Shown here one piece after another: positions 38,409 to 52,724 of a DNA stretch of 64,000 nucleotides. The stretch spans positions 248,001 to 312,000 of the forward strand of contig JASVEC010000017.1 of NCBI GenBank assembly GCA_030770535.1, in the 5' to 3' direction. The stretch's first letter is position 1, and the number at the start of each line of letters is the position of its first letter. This stretch comes from Batkoa obscura (Eukaryota). The notes under the pieces were generated by a model. It made no database searches. It saw only the letters and a program-made list of their open reading frames with translations, and had not been told where the DNA came from. A program made the position numbers and the translations under genes.

Positions 38409-40915
38409 GCTCGAAACTGAAATAATTTAAAAAGTGGCAATTAATAAACAATGGCTGTCTTCTATTTATTAATATATTTTAATTTATCTATTAAAATTAT
38501 TTAAACTATTGATTATTATTTATTAATACTTTCTACCTTTTAGTTTTAACAATCAACATAACAATTCATTTATGGTTTCAAGCTCCATTTTCTTATATTG
38601 ATTTTATTAGCAAATAACCTATTTTAATACGTATTTATACAAACCATGATTGGTTTACAATAGTAAATTAAATCAGGCTTATAAAAGCCATAACGTTAAT
38701 TGGCTTAATTAAAATAATGCTTCCTAATCAGGCCATTCTACCAATATAGCCTCAACCTAATTATACCCAAAAGCTTTTTAATTTGTTTATGCCCAAAACT
38801 AAGCTAAAAAACAGAACCAATTAAAGCAACTATAAAACTATGATCCAATTATATTTCAAACTAGTTAGCCATGTTATCTATTTGTTATTTATTAATAGTT
38901 TGAATTGGACTTTATTTAGCTTTTACAGATGATTCTAGACGTTATTCTTCGATTCAAATTTATAAAACAGAGTACTTCCTATAATATAATATAATATACA
39001 TTATTATTTTGTTATTTATATATTTATATTACATAATATATAGGGATTTTTTATTTTGAAAAAATACTAATTTTATTAAGCTAAATAATGTTTTAAACCC
39101 TTTTAAAAATTTTAAACTTAGATTTAAAAAGTATCCACATTTTTAAATTCATTTTTTTGATTAAAAATGGAATCAAAAATAAATTTACAATATTTATTTA
39201 AATGGAACACTATTATCTATATTTATATTATTATTATTACTTTATTTAAAATATGAGCTGATGATAATTATCATTGATGTTGAATTTCAATCGCTTTTAG
39301 TTAGACATTGTAATAACCAAGTCCTCATTTTTTATAATAGCTTTTTTAAATTTATCAAATTGTTTATAATAAAAAGTTCAATTAGTAATCTGCAAATAGT
39401 TAGAATTTTTGATCTCTCTTTTCTTTAACTTTATCCTAATTTAAATCATCAAATCTCATAGTCAATAATTAATCAGAACAAACAGGATAAACAAATAAGT
39501 TTAATTGAAGCTATTACAACTCTTTTGCGACTTTTTTAGTAGTAATATTTATAATCAAATTTTTATATTTAACTTTTTCAAAGCCTGGTATTCATATTTA
39601 GTCGAAATTAACTTTTTTTTAAAATGAGCAGTTAATCAAGTCTCAAAAAAGTTGCAATAACTGCTATACATTGTGTATTTTTTTATATTACTGTAGGATA
39701 AATAATTATTAAATTGTGGAAAATAGTGTGCGCAAAAATAAGTCGAATATTTTCTGTAACTTGAAATTTTTCGTGGTTTCTATTCAGAAATAATTCAAAG
39801 TCGAAGAAATTTTCTACTAAGCCAATATAAAATTATTCGCGCACTACGCCCCAATCCATTCACATTAATACGAGATGAGATGGAAAACGGATACAGATTT
39901 ATTACTGTCCTATTAAATAATAACATAAGTGGTCATGAAGCCTTTGTTGCTTGGCCCCATCTCACATTTTTTAGGTTATTATTTCTCTGTTAACAAACTG
40001 CTTGGAAGTGAAAGCTTGTTTAAGAAATTTAAAAAAGTCAATGTAAAATATTTTTTTAAATTTAATCTTCAAGTATTTACAAGCAAAAAACCAGTCACAG
40101 ATGATGATGGAATTGAATTGTTTGGCATCTGGTTTAAGTGGTGAAAGCTCAATGAAGCTTTTCAATAAAAATCAAGTGTAAAAATGAGACGGATTTTACG
40201 CGTAAAACCGTAGGCATAAATTAGGCATGAAAGGTAAAACAGTAAGAAATTGTGGATAAAATTGTTTTTACAGGAGACAAAATGGGCCTTACAACAATAA
40301 TTGGGATTTAAATTAAGTCATATTTAGTTTTTATAGTGATTATAATTTGGTAGATTTTTTTAAGAGTAACTATACTTTTTCTTTAAAGTTGAAAATCTGT
40401 TGATCTTAACGCTATAATTATTTTTAAAAGAAAATAGCTTTTAAAAAAATTACTAATCTTAAAACTCATGGTTTAGACTTAATTGCTTTAAAACTGCAAT
40501 TTCAAATTTACCTTTGGATTGTAATTAGCAGTTAAGTAAGACTATAAACTTGAATTCCGTATGTCGAATCTTTTGAAAGTAAGCATCATTTTACTTTAAG
40601 ATAAAGCAATTGTAGTATGAATACAATGTCAATAGTAATAATAGTCTTATTTTCTATCAATATGACCAAGTTAAACTACTTTTTAACTTTAATTTTAATT
40701 TTTTACTTTGATTTGTTACTTTTTCAAATTAATACTCCCATACGGCAAGGATCAAAAAAAAATTGAAATTTTTTGCCTAAAATTTAACGTAAATTTATTG
40801 GCCCTTAATAATAAATTTAAAGAACCGTTAGAATAACCCACAGGATAAAATATTAATTTTCAAAAACTACCCAGAATTGATTTCTTTCTACTATTTTTTA
40901 CTTAAAAAAATAAAT

Positions 40916-41950
40916 ATGCCAACTTCTCAAAAACAACAAATCACCGAAAAAGATGTGGAATTAGTAAGTTTCAATTTGTACAAAAACAAAAATTAAAATT
41001 AACTCTATCCTCTTTAGATTTCCGAATACTTCAAAGTCATTTCGGAAAAGACTAATGCCCTTTCTGAACTATTTAACCGTATCTCTTTCTCTGAAACTAC
41101 TAAACCCCAACCATCAACAGGTAAAGCCAAAGTTGCTCAAAATGAACTTCTTGCAAAGAACGTAGCCGCTGCTAAAAACTCTACCCCAAAAACCAATGGT
41201 CCAAAAGGTACCCCAACCAAAAAAGGAGCTGAACCAGCTGACAAAAATACAACTGAAGCCAATACAGCTGCTTCAAAAAAGAAACAAGGCAAAGCTGCTG
41301 GGAAAAAAGCTGAAGAAACATCCACTGTTGAAGAAAAAGTTGAACCACAAGCACCTACTGATACTAAAAAATCCCCACTAAAAAATAAAAAAGGAAATAA
41401 TAACAATACTAACACTAATAACAAACGTGGCCGAGCTGAAGTTGACCCTGATGCACCAAAAAGACCGAATAGTTCTTATTTTGTTTTTTGTATTGAAAAA
41501 AGACCTGAGTTAATGAAAGCAAATCCAGAAATTGGTGCTAAAGATATTACACGATTATTAGGAGAAGGATGGCGTGGATTGAGTAAAGAAGAAAAAGAAG
41601 TTTATGATGCTAAATATAGAGAGGGTAAAGAAGCTTATGAAAAAGAGTTAACTGCTTATAAGCTATCGGATAAGTATATTAATAAGCAAAAGGAAAATGC
41701 TGATAGTGAAAAGGTTGAAGAAGAAAAAGTAGAAAAAGTAGAAAATAAAAAACAAAAGAAACAAAAGAAAGAAGCTATAGCTAATGGAAAGCAAGATAAT
41801 AATAATGATAGTGAAAAATTAAAAAAAACAGAAGGTGATGTAAAGAAAGAAGTTGAGAATAAGCCAGAAGAAGTTAAATCTACCAGTTCAAAGAAGAAGA
41901 AGAATAAAAACAAGAAGAGTAATGCAACTGAAACTCAAACTCAAGCATAA
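40916..41950 (+). CDS. HMG-box protein with Lys-rich disordered flanks, 2 exons
   Basis: DPDAPKRPNSSYFVF...LGEGWRGLSKEEKEVY; intron 40963-41018. Confidence 0.9.
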
Positions 41951-42236
41951 TGAGTTGAGTTATTTTTAATGTCATTTAATAAATTTAAACATTTATTTTA
42001 GTTTAATAGTTATTAATATTGAATTATTAATTTTTTATGTTTTTTATTGTTTTTTATTGTTTTTTATTGTTTTTTATTATTTAATGTATTTTAGTCTTAG
42101 TATTTGAATTTTTTGAAATCTAATGTGTAGCTTAAACTTAAGCTTGCGTTAAAAGTTCCAGTTTCAAATTTAAATTTCTTTATAACAGTTTTTTGTAATT
42201 ATTTGATTGTTTTAAAAGTGATTCAACAAGCAGTAA

Positions 42237-42307
42237 GTCATTGTAGTATAGTGGTAGTACGCCGCGTTGTGGCCGCGATAGCGGGGGTTCGATTCCCCCC
42301 AATGACA
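42237..42307 (+). tRNA. tRNA-His (GUG)
   Basis: Acceptor GTCATTG/CAATGAC, D-arm TAGTATAGTGGTAGTAC, anticodon arm CCGCG-TTGTGGC-CGCGA, T-loop GGTTCGATTCC. Confidence 0.95.
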
Positions 42308-43159
42308 TTGTAACGTAAGAAGATCCTAAGCATTTTGTATTACAATTATCACTTTAATCTTTTTTCACTTACAGAAATATAAATACTTGGGGACTTTGCC
42401 CTTTCAAGCTTGGTTCAAATTAAGTACTAAGTGTTATCAAAAATTTTGTTTTTTTGCTTAATTTTAAAATGACCTATGCTGGAACGTTTCTTTGCCCAGT
42501 TTTAATAGTCTTTTAAAATTTTAACCAAGTTTTTGAACTTACCCAAATAAAATCATAGATAATTTTTATACCAAAAGTTAGAATCAACAGTATTTCCTGT
42601 AATAAAAAATAAAATTTAATAACACAAATAATGGAAGATATAGTACTTTTATTCAATTATAACTAAATCAAACATGAAAGTCGGTAAGACAACTATGATT
42701 GGAAAGAATGTTGGTTTGAATATTTATACAATAAGTACTAAAACACAATACTACAGTTAGCTTTATTAACAAAAAACATCTACAATAGTCCTTTTAACTT
42801 TCATGTAAAGCAATAACTCCCTTATTTTATTCTAATATTTTAAGAATCTTATATTTTCTCCTTAAAATAGTCACCAATAAAGTATTCAAATTGAAGACTT
42901 GATGATGTAGTTTTGTCTAAAAGTTATAATCTATTTTTTCTCCATAAAACTTCAATTTAGTCCTAAAAAAGAATGCAAAGAATCTGCCTATTGGTTATTC
43001 TCAGAAAAAAGTCACTTTAAGTTGAATGATTAGCTGAATTGATTAAAACTTGCAAGCTTCTTAAGACTAAAAGATGGCGATTTAAAAAATAAGATAGCAT
43101 AAACTTCTAGCTTAAAAAATTTCCACTTTTTTAATCATTAAAAACGCAACTCAATAAGG

Positions 43160-43660
43160 ATGGGAGCTGAAGAAGTTATTTTAAAAATCCAAGTAATTCA
43201 AGGGCGTGGGTTGGCGCCTAAAGATAGCAATGGCTTATCGGATCCCTATGTCATTGCTCGCGTCAATAATAAAAAAAGTCAAACAAAAACGATTAATAAA
43301 ACGCTCAATCCAGTATGGCAAGAGACTCTAGAATTCAATCTACGAGATGAAAATTTTCCACAATTTGTACAAATTGTATGTTGGGATGCCGATTTTATTA
43401 CTCGTGATTTTATGGGACAAATAACTATCCATATGAAGGATCTATTTGATAATAAAACTGGAATGCCATTACAGTTTGAAGCATTTAAAAATCGACAATG
43501 GTATCGATTACAAAAAAAAACTCATAAGGATATTGTTACTGGTGAATTGGAACTAAGTATCGGTTTCGAACATAAGGGTAAATCTAATGAGTTTTGGAAC
43601 CGATTATTTTTCTCCTTTGGTGGTAGGATCTCCCCTCCTCCGGATGCAGAAGATGATTGA
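43160..43660 (+). CDS. Stand-alone C2-domain protein
   Basis: GRGLAPKDSNGLSDPYV, KTLNPVW and WDAD...DFMG Ca-binding C2 motifs. Confidence 0.9.
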   Translation: MGAEEVILKIQVIQGRGLAPKDSNGLSDPYVIARVNNKKSQTKTINKTLNPVWQETLEFNLRDENFPQFVQIVCWDADFITRDFMGQITIHMKDLFDNKTGMPLQFEAFKNRQWYRLQKKTHKDIVTGELELSIGFEHKGKSNEFWNRLFFSFGGRISPPPDAEDD

Positions 43661-43966
43661 CAAGCTTAATTGGAATAAAACTGATCTTTTTACTAGGTTT
43701 TATGGATTTTTGGTTTCACAATTAAGATTTTAGCTTGTTATTGTTTTGTTTTTTTATAGCTAATAGTTTTTATTTCTTGTACTTATTATTAGCACTCAAA
43801 TCTCTTTTTTAACGCAGTTTAACTGAATTTTCATCACCTCATTTTTATTTTAAAAAAAATAAGAATTCAGTTCCAATTAAAAAGTAGCACAAAAACTCTA
43901 CTTGAATTCAAGTATTTAAAATTTTAAAATTAACTTTTAAATTTTCAATCTAAAAACAAATAAAAA

Positions 43967-44510
43967 ATGGTTAAAGAAACAAGTCGTAATCAACCAGTCA
44001 TCGTACCCTTCCATATACCTAAACATATGTTAGTTGAATCGGATGAAGCAGTTACTTTTCAAACAGCATCGACAATATTGAGTAAGTTGAAAGGTTTATT
44101 ATTTAATAAAAAATGACAAATATTAATCCATTGATTCCTAACCTTTATTTATTGAACTTATAGCTATGGCAGCATTGATATTAAAGGTAAATTTCATAAA
44201 AAATAGATTGAACATTCCAATACTTACCCATTTATTATTATTATTATCTCATTTACAGAACCCATGGTTTGGTTGGTTAGCATTATTTTCTTCCATAGCT
44301 TCATTAACAAATGATAAAGCATTGACCTCTACTTCCGATAAAAGAGCTTCTTGGACTACAATTATGTAAGTAGTTTGTTATTGAGTATATTTATTGATGA
44401 TCATGGTGACTAATGAGAAATGAATTTATTATAGGTTTTCTATTATGGGTTTAGTACTTCAATATCTTCCTCGTGTACTCGTACCTCAAGCTAAAGTTGG
44501 GGGGAAATAA
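43967..44510 (+). CDS. Small membrane protein, PAT complex Asterix (WDR83OS)-like, 4 exons
   Basis: Spliced product ...MAALILK/NPWFGWLALFSSIASLTN.../FSIMGLVLQYL; about 106 aa with 3 hydrophobic segments. Confidence 0.7.
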
Positions 44511-44945
44511 AATGGAATTTTTTCTAGTTTACAGATTAGAAAGTTTTATGTGATTGATAATTAAGTTAGTTGAGATTTATTTTAAGGATTTGAATGATAA
44601 GCAGTTGTTAGAATTAGATTATTTTTTGTGATTAGTAATATGAACTGATAGAATATAGTAAAAATTGAAGTTTATTTTAAATTATTAATAAGCCAGGTTT
44701 ACGAGTAATTTAATTAGTTTGATAATAAAATATATATTATAGTTAAATTATTTTTATTTAAGTTTCTACTCGAATTTTATATTGTTGTAAGTTTTATTTT
44801 TTACTTTTTTAAATATAATCACTTTGATTATTTTTCAAAAAAATAATGCTAAATTTTCTCTACCAATCATAGCCACTCCATCACTTCATAATCACAAAAA
44901 AAAAACATCAAAAATTCACCCTCCCTTTATCTCTTCTTTTCAATA

Positions 44946-46459
44946 ATGGAGCCAACGTACAATACAACAAATTTAGAATTCGACAATGCGACCGCCAAAC
45001 ATTATTTCCAACAAGGAGGAAAATTAGTATTTTTAGATTGTCCCAAAGATTTTGAATTTGGTATTGATTTTTCAAACTGGATTGTTGGTCCCAAATTTAT
45101 GGGTTTAAAATTTATACCTCCAGGGATTCATTTTATTTATTATAGGTAAGTAGAAATGAAGTGGAAAAAAGTCAAAGAAACAAATGGAAGGAGATAACAT
45201 ATAATAAGATTAGTTTATTGGTATTAATTTTTTTTATAGCATTGTGGATAAAACAGGTCATACTGGTATTCGAAATGGATTTTTTCATTATTTTGAAAAG
45301 GAACAGGTGAGTGAATCAAATAATTAATAAGATTGATTAATTTTATATTAATAACTTTAATTTTTAGATAATAGTTAAAAAATGGAATGAATATAATGAA
45401 GAAGTATATAAAGATAATGAATTAGAACCTGAACTTAATGATAGGATAAAATATAGTAATTAGAATAATTAAAAGTAATAATTTAATTTTACTAACTTTA
45501 ACTCCCATTTTAATTCTCTTAGATATTCAATCTTTTGATCCCAATTTAGGTACCTATCCAATAACTCAATCTGATGTATATAAGAAATGGAAACAATTAA
45601 CGCGATATGTTAGCTCTGAATTAATTCAAAAAATAGCCCCAAATGATGGTCTTATGGATGGTTTCTTACCAACGGAAGAAAATAGTAATTTTGAAGAGTT
45701 TGACGGGTCCTTAAAATTTACTAAATTCGATTTAAAAAAATCGTTTCCAGAAGGTAGTTTTGGAAGTGAATTGACAAAATATTCATTAGATAAAAGTTAT
45801 CTATTAATGAAATTAATTGAGAATGAATATTTAGGTAAATAACAAATTAATATTATAAAATATTAAACATTGAAGTTAATATTAATTATTTTTTTATTAG
45901 ATTACAAAAATTTACTTGGGGAAATTGAATTAAGTTTTATTATCTTTTTATTGGGTCAAAATTTCATTGGTTTAGAACAATGGAAAAAATTAATTGTACT
46001 AATATCGAATTCTAATGAAGCTATTAATCAATCACCTAATTTATTTATTCATTTTTTGGGTAAGTATATTATTTATTGGAATGAAGAATTAAAGATTAAT
46101 ATAATTCTTATTTAGAAATATTATATTTTCAATTACTTGAATGTCCACAAGATTTTTTTCATGATATTATATTAGAGAATAATTTCTTGGGCATTTCATT
46201 AAAGGTAAATATCATTTAATTTATAACACTAATAGCTAATAACCTTAATCTTCTTTTTTATATTTAGACCTTAATTAAAAATATATTAGAAAAAACATAT
46301 TATTCAGATGTAGTTAAAAATCAATTGAATTTACGTATAAATAAAATACAAACTATTTTAAAACAAAAGTTTGATTGGGAAATTAAACTAGAAGATTTAA
46401 TTGAAAATGAAGATGAAGATGAAGATGGTGAATTTGCTCCTATAGTAGTGGATCTTTAA
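44946..46459 (+). CDS. AAR2: U5 snRNP assembly factor AAR2, multi-exon
   Basis: FGID..GPKFMGLKFIPPGIHFIYY, LDKSY, LLGEIELSF, EQWKKL and C-terminal DGEFAPIVVDL. Confidence 0.93.
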
Positions 46460-46464
46460 TATAT

Positions 46465-46563
46465 GGGGATGTATTTTTTTGTTTAAGAATTTTACTAACA
46501 GTCTTTCCGCTCAAACGACGCTTAAAAAATGGAAAAAATAATGAAATCAAAAAAAACACCCCC
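46465..46563 (-). mobile_element. MITE M1 copy 5 bp after the AAR2 stop codon
   Basis: M1 consensus sequence, TSD ATAT/ATAT. Confidence 0.9.
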
Positions 46564-47144
46564 ATATAGAGGATTGAATTTAAATTATTTAAAGATGGGA
46601 TTGAAATCAAATAAATTAAAATCAAATTAAAATGATCAATGTAATACTATTATTAATTTATATATGATTAGAATAAAAATGAAAATGTAGTAATGTTATT
46701 ATTAATATTATTATTATGTTATGGTTTTTTATATTCTTTAATATTTTTATATTATTAATGATAATTGCCAAAGTAGAAAATATGATTGGTTCATAATTGA
46801 CTAATTTTCAAGATTGTTAATTTCAAATATTAAAATTTTAGAGTGCTATTGTGTCATTGAGTAATTTTCAAATCAACCTTAATTTTATTATATTAAATTA
46901 ACAAATCAGTTTAGGTTTAAATCTTTTTAAAGAAAATTAAAGGAGGAATCTAAAAAATTGAAACGTCATAAAATTCATCAATTTGTAATAATAAAATTTT
47001 AGAAAGAATAGAAATGATTATTTAGTTTAAAAAAGATGGAGTAAAAAAAAATAAAGTAGAAATAATATAAATACCGTTAAAAATTTAAACTTAGTTAAAT
47101 TCCTTTTATTGTTTTAATTACAATTAAATATTTAAAAAGAAAAG

Positions 47145-50100
47145 ATGAACGACCCTAGTAGTTCAAAAGATAATAATAATAATAATACAAATGGTTCTAC
47201 TTTATATGGTAAAACAAGTAATGGAAAAGGTAATTTCAAGTATATATTTTAATCATAATAAATATTCAATAACTTTCTTTTCTTTTAGTATTTTTAGTAC
47301 CTAAAACTAAAGATATGATGAGTACTTTATTCTCCTTTAAAACTAAGATTTCATTACCAAGTTTAATTACTTTACTTATCCTTGGGACCAACATCTTATT
47401 ATATTTCATTATCCCTAGCAATTATGCCTCTACATTATTTTTAATATTATTTTTATTTTGGCGATTAGCTTATAATGGTTTTCTAGGCTATTTACTCTAT
47501 CGCCAATCAAATCAAAGTTATTTAACAAAGTTATTTTTAAAATTAGGATGGTTAGATGAGAATAATAAAACAGGTAAATGGATTAAATCTCAATTAGAAA
47601 TAGATATGAGCAATGATTATAACTATCATACAATGCCTATTGAATTTAATTCATGGCTGTTATTTCGTAAATTAGTTGATTTAATCTTAGTAAATGATTT
47701 TACAGTTTATTTAATATTTTCATTATCTCATTTTAATCCACGATATGATTGGAAATTATGGGAGAATTGTTTAAGATATTTAGCAGCATTCTTTTTGATT
47801 GTATTTAATTTAGTAGTAAAATTAGATGCTCATAGAGTAGTTAAAGATTTTGCTTGGTATTGGGGGGATTTCTTTTTTTTAATTGATCAAAAATTAACAT
47901 TTGATGGTGTATTTGAATTAGCTCCACATCCTATGTATTCTTTAGGTTATGCAGGGTATTATGGTATTTCTCTTTTGATGGCCAGTCCTACTGTATTTTA
48001 TGTTTCTTTATTGGCTCATTCCTTACAATTTATATTCTTAGTATTAGTAGAAAATCCACATATTGATAAAATTTATGGTGGAGATGAAGAGGAAGAAGAT
48101 AATGTTAAGATTAAGGAAGAGAATGATAAAGATAATAATAAGAATATTAAGAATAATATCATACCAAAAAAGAATATATATGAATTACAACAAAGTAAAC
48201 AAAGAATGTTATTTAATAACTTTGACTTATTTAAATCAAGTGATTTATTTAGTTTAATTATTGTATTTTATGGAAGTTTATTTTTAATATTAATATTGTT
48301 TCAATCTATTAATTTAAATATTAATCAAAGTATTAAATATTTAAGTTTAATTCATTCTATTGTATGGCGATTATTTCATTCTATTGGTCTAGGTATTATT
48401 ATATTAGGATCCCAAAGTTCCAATAAAAAATGGACTCGACATTTTATAAAAATTGGTAAAACAGGAATGGATGCCTTTAATGAATGGAAATCTATTTATA
48501 ATTTATCTTCTTTTATGACTTATTTTTCATTTATATTGTCAGCAATTGCTTTTTATTCGTATGAAAATGGATTTTTTAATAATTCATTTACTTTAAGACA
48601 TACCTTTGGTTTATTATTAATAATTCTACATGCATGGACTTCTACTTCAGTTTATGAAACATTAAAAGAATTTGGTTGGTTTTATGGGGATTTTTTTATA
48701 GATCAATATCAAAATAAATTAAATTATACAGGTATTTATCGATATTTAAATAATCCAGAGAAAATATTAGGTCATTCAGCATTATATGGGATTGCTCTTA
48801 TTAGTAATTCAAGTATGATATTTTTATTAGCTATCTTATCTCATTCATGTTATTTGTTATTTTATTATCTTGTGGAATTACCTCATATGAACAAATTATA
48901 CAAAGGACAATTAAGGAAAGAAGCTGGAGTAACAAAAACAGTTAGAGGAGTTGCTAAAAGTTTAAAAAGTAATTTAAAACATCATAAAAATTTGTCGTTA
49001 GCTTTATCTTCCATTGAATTTACTGAAGGTTTGATTGATAAATTAGAAAAAGGAGTTCAACAATCAATTGTTGAAACTAAAGAAACCTTAGGCGGCTTAA
49101 TGGAAAAAACAAAACCACATTTAAAAGAATTAATATTAGATACTAATTCTATATTAAATCAATCGAAATTAAAATTAGCTGAAACTAGAGAACGATTATT
49201 ATTAGATTTAAATCATACTGAATCAAGTAACATCGGTGAATATAAAATTGAGTTATTAAATTTTGTAGGAAAAAATGAATTTATACCAGCAAAATATGAA
49301 TTAGGAGAATGTATTAAATTAGGATTATTAGTACCTTATAATGGAAAACATAAATATGATTGGGTAGGATTATATAAAGTGATAAGTAATCCATCCAAAA
49401 CATTAACAACCATATCATCGAAAGGAAGATATTTATATACTCATTTACCTACCAAAAATAATTCTAATAATGACTTAACAGTATCTGAAAGTTCAGGGGT
49501 TGAAATAGATTCAGATATAGAAAATGAAATTAATTTAAATGATATCCAACGTCTTCCAGAAGAGGAGAAATATTATGAAAGTATATTACCAGTGAGTAGG
49601 GAAGAGCTTGGAGATAGAAAAGGGAATTGGAAAACTATTATATTAAAATTTGAACAAGACCGATTATTTTGGGAACCTGGTACGTATGAATTTCGATTAC
49701 ATTCCGGCTTTGGTCATAAAGTAGCCGCGATTTCAAGACCGTTTGAAATTTTTGTTAGTCAAAAAAATAATAAGGTGAATAATTTGGAGGAAGTGTTGGC
49801 TATTTTATTACCCTATTTAAAGCGATGTTTAAATATTCAAAATGATGAAGATATGAATGAGATTGATAATCTATTTGCAAATTCTGAAATTTCTTTAAAA
49901 GATGCGGAGAAGATATCCAAAGTTATTAAAGCTTTATTTATGATTGAATTTGATCCACCAGTAATTTTATATCATCCCAATTTAAATTCGTTAGGTCAAA
50001 GAGTAAGTTTTCTTTTTTAATTTGCTACTATATCATTGTTATTGTATGAGTTGTTTATTAACTATAATTCCTAGATATTAGAAGCTATTAAAGTGTTAGT

Positions 50101-50185
50101 ACCCTTCTTTAATACAACTCCAACAATGAAACCAATTCCAATTGCTCAGATGATATCTCCAACGAAAATGAATTTGGATCAATGA
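47145..50185 (+). CDS. CHO2: Phosphatidylethanolamine N-methyltransferase, 3 exons
   Basis: KLDAHRVVKDFAWYWGDFF, FDGVFELAPHPMYSLGY, FGWFYGDFF and YTGIYRYLNNPE; introns 47230-47288 and ~50002-50073. Confidence 0.96.
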
Positions 50186-50539
50186 AAATTGAGTTGATGT
50201 TGAGTTGATGTTGAGTTGAGGTTTATAGATAATAAAGATATTATTATATTACCTTGAATTATTTCTAAAGTGTTTAAAAGTTTATTATTGGAATATTAAT
50301 TGATAAAATGAACGAACGGTCATTGATATATAAATTTTAATTTCATTGTATTTAATTATAATATGAAAAGAATTTTATAATTGCAAATAGTTTTAACATT
50401 AAAACTTAATACTTTATAACTAGAATTGAAATTGATATTAAATTTTAAGCTTACACCTAAAATGTTGATTTATAAGATAAAAAAGAGGCTCAAGTTAGTG
50501 ACAAGTGACAACAAACCTAAAGCTATCTTTAAATAAACA

Positions 50540-51560
50540 CAATGTCTCTTCAACTATGGAGAAAAGTAGATGTTTAATAAAAGAATCTGAGGTTCAAACT
50601 TTAGGTTATTGGATTTAGTTTTTGTGCAATGAAGAAGAACCACTAAGTCTTTAATAACTAACTGTTTCTACTTGTTGTGTAATGAGGTAAAGGATAGAAT
50701 AGAAGAATTGAAACAAATTTAAATTGAATATATTTAGGTAAAATAGGAAATTAAACCAAAGGGGTAAATTCGAATAAGAATCTAAAATAAAAACCAACTT
50801 GTGAATGTCATCAATAGTATGAACTGTATGGAATTGATAAAAGTTAAATCAAATAGAAGATTTTAAACTAAAGACAGTGAAACAAAGGTAGATAGAAGTA
50901 GTAATAGAAAGTTTTGTTTTATGCTGAATACAAAAAGCACCAAATTACTGAAAAAATGAAACTATTTTTGTCTTTGAACTGGTCTATATTATAGCAAACG
51001 GACCATATAGTTCATTTAACTCTGAAGGATAATGTCAAGGTTTTATTGGGGAGTTGGGGTTTAGGAAGGAGATTAGAATTCATGAAAATAAGAGAGCAAT
51101 AGAGAAATTTGTTGGTGAAACGAATAAAAGTTGTATCCAAAATAGCGATACAGATGTTTGTCAAAAACATTTCGAAAAACGTAGTAAAGAATCTGTATGA
51201 AATTTACCAAAAAGGTTCTAAATCAAGGGATTGTGCATGAAGTTACATATAACTTTAGGTTTGACATAGATGGATATATTAAAGAAAGGTGAATGCTAAA
51301 TTTAAGAAAATGGAGAAGAAATAAAGAATTAGATGGAGTTACAAGAGAAGTAATAATTTATAATGTTGATGTTTAGGAATGCATTACAATTAATACATCA
51401 CATTTTGTTAATTAACACATATCAGAATCTTTCTCAAAAGAATACCACTCAAGTGAATTGGAGTATGCTAAATTGCTGGACCAAAAGATTGAAAAGTTAA
51501 ACATAAAAATATTATTATGAAAGAGGAACTTACTAATAGATGTGAGATATCTTGGTAAAG
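50540..51560 (-). mobile_element. Possible degenerate non-LTR retrotransposon 3' fragment
   Basis: Stop-ridden minus-strand frame with an L..IYP.MS...DSLL...C...FW pattern resembling LINE ORF2 C-terminal zinc knuckles; weak. Confidence 0.3.
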
Positions 51561-51862
51561 CTTAAATAAATGTGTATAATTAATAGCTTTTATTGCTTAC
51601 TACTCATATTAATAATCCAAATACCAGCTTTTAGTTTTAAAAAAATGTTATTAAAATAGGTACCTTTAAATTGATTTCGTTTAATAAATAATAACGTTGT
51701 TTTTCAATATTGCTATTGTTTTGATTCTAAAAAATTTATTAATTATTGTTATAAAAAATTTATATTTTTTATTAGTATAAGTTGTTAAATTATAGAATAT
51801 CAAGTATATAAACTATAAGCAAATAGTACACCTAATACAAATAACAGTTAATACAACGTTAT

Positions 51863-51958
51863 GGGGATGTTTTTTTGGCTTCATCACTTTTTCCATTTTT
51901 TAAGCGCTATTTGAGTGGAAAAATTGTTAGGAAAATTCTTAAATAAAAATACTTCCCT
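51863..51958 (+). mobile_element. MITE M1 copy
   Basis: M1 consensus sequence, TSD TTAT/TTAT. Confidence 0.88.
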
Positions 51959-52724
51959 TTATATTGAAAAGATTTATTAATAATTTTTATTAGTAATTTT
52001 ATAATTTATAAAATTAAAAAATTAAAAAAATTAAAAAAATTAAAGTTTGTGTTTTAAATTTTTTTATTTTCAAAAGAAACTAGTTTTATTTTCCCTTACC
52101 AATATTGAGAGCATAATGCTCATGTTAGCCAAGGGAATCAAAATTAACAAATGATACTTGGACTTTTTTTCTATACCTTATCAGGATATTTATGCCTACT
52201 GATAAAATTGTAGCATATTATAATTATGGGTTCAAGATATATATTTTATTTTACATTGAATTTTAATTTGCTACATCAACATTGAAAGTAAATATTTAAT
52301 AATTTAGTATAAAGTAATTTACTATTAGATGTTTGAAGTTTGGATTTGATTTTATGATCAAATTCATTTTTTTGAATTCCAAGCTTAAAAGTTAAGCAAT
52401 CACAGTATACCTATAGTATATTCGCAGTACCAGACTATTTCAAAGTTGAAATATTATCAAATTTAAAAAAACAATTTTGATTATTATGAAAAATAAAAGT
52501 AAGCAAATAACAAAATAATAAATTATGGTGATTTTAATTAAAACTTTACTTATATAATTGTATTAAAAATACTTTTCTTTTATATTATATTATACTATTT
52601 AAACTAGTTTTTATATTAATATTTTCCTTTAATTTTATTTATAATTCAATCTAGTTGCTATAATTTAATAATGGTATCAATTAAAACTTAGAAGTTATAT
52701 AATTATTAATAATCAAAAATATAT

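Noticed and set aside
40270..40295. ACAAAATGGGCCTTAC resembling the RNase MRP/P CR-V motif
   Set aside because: No matching upstream GAAAGUCCCC-type CR-I strand found to form P4
42385..42435. Second tRNA-like or tRNA-Sec element downstream of tRNA-His (GGTTCAAAT)
   Set aside because: No consistent cloverleaf, D arm or anticodon arm can be folded
18192..46459. Splicing gene cluster (RDS3, LAMMER kinase, AAR2)
   Set aside because: The genes are spread over 28 kb among unrelated genes; compatible with chance
46440..46625. Short ORFs such as 46440-46625 and 56489-56677 with similar peptides (SLFFPFFKR.LSGK.VSKILK)
   Set aside because: They are chance translations of the M1 MITE sequence
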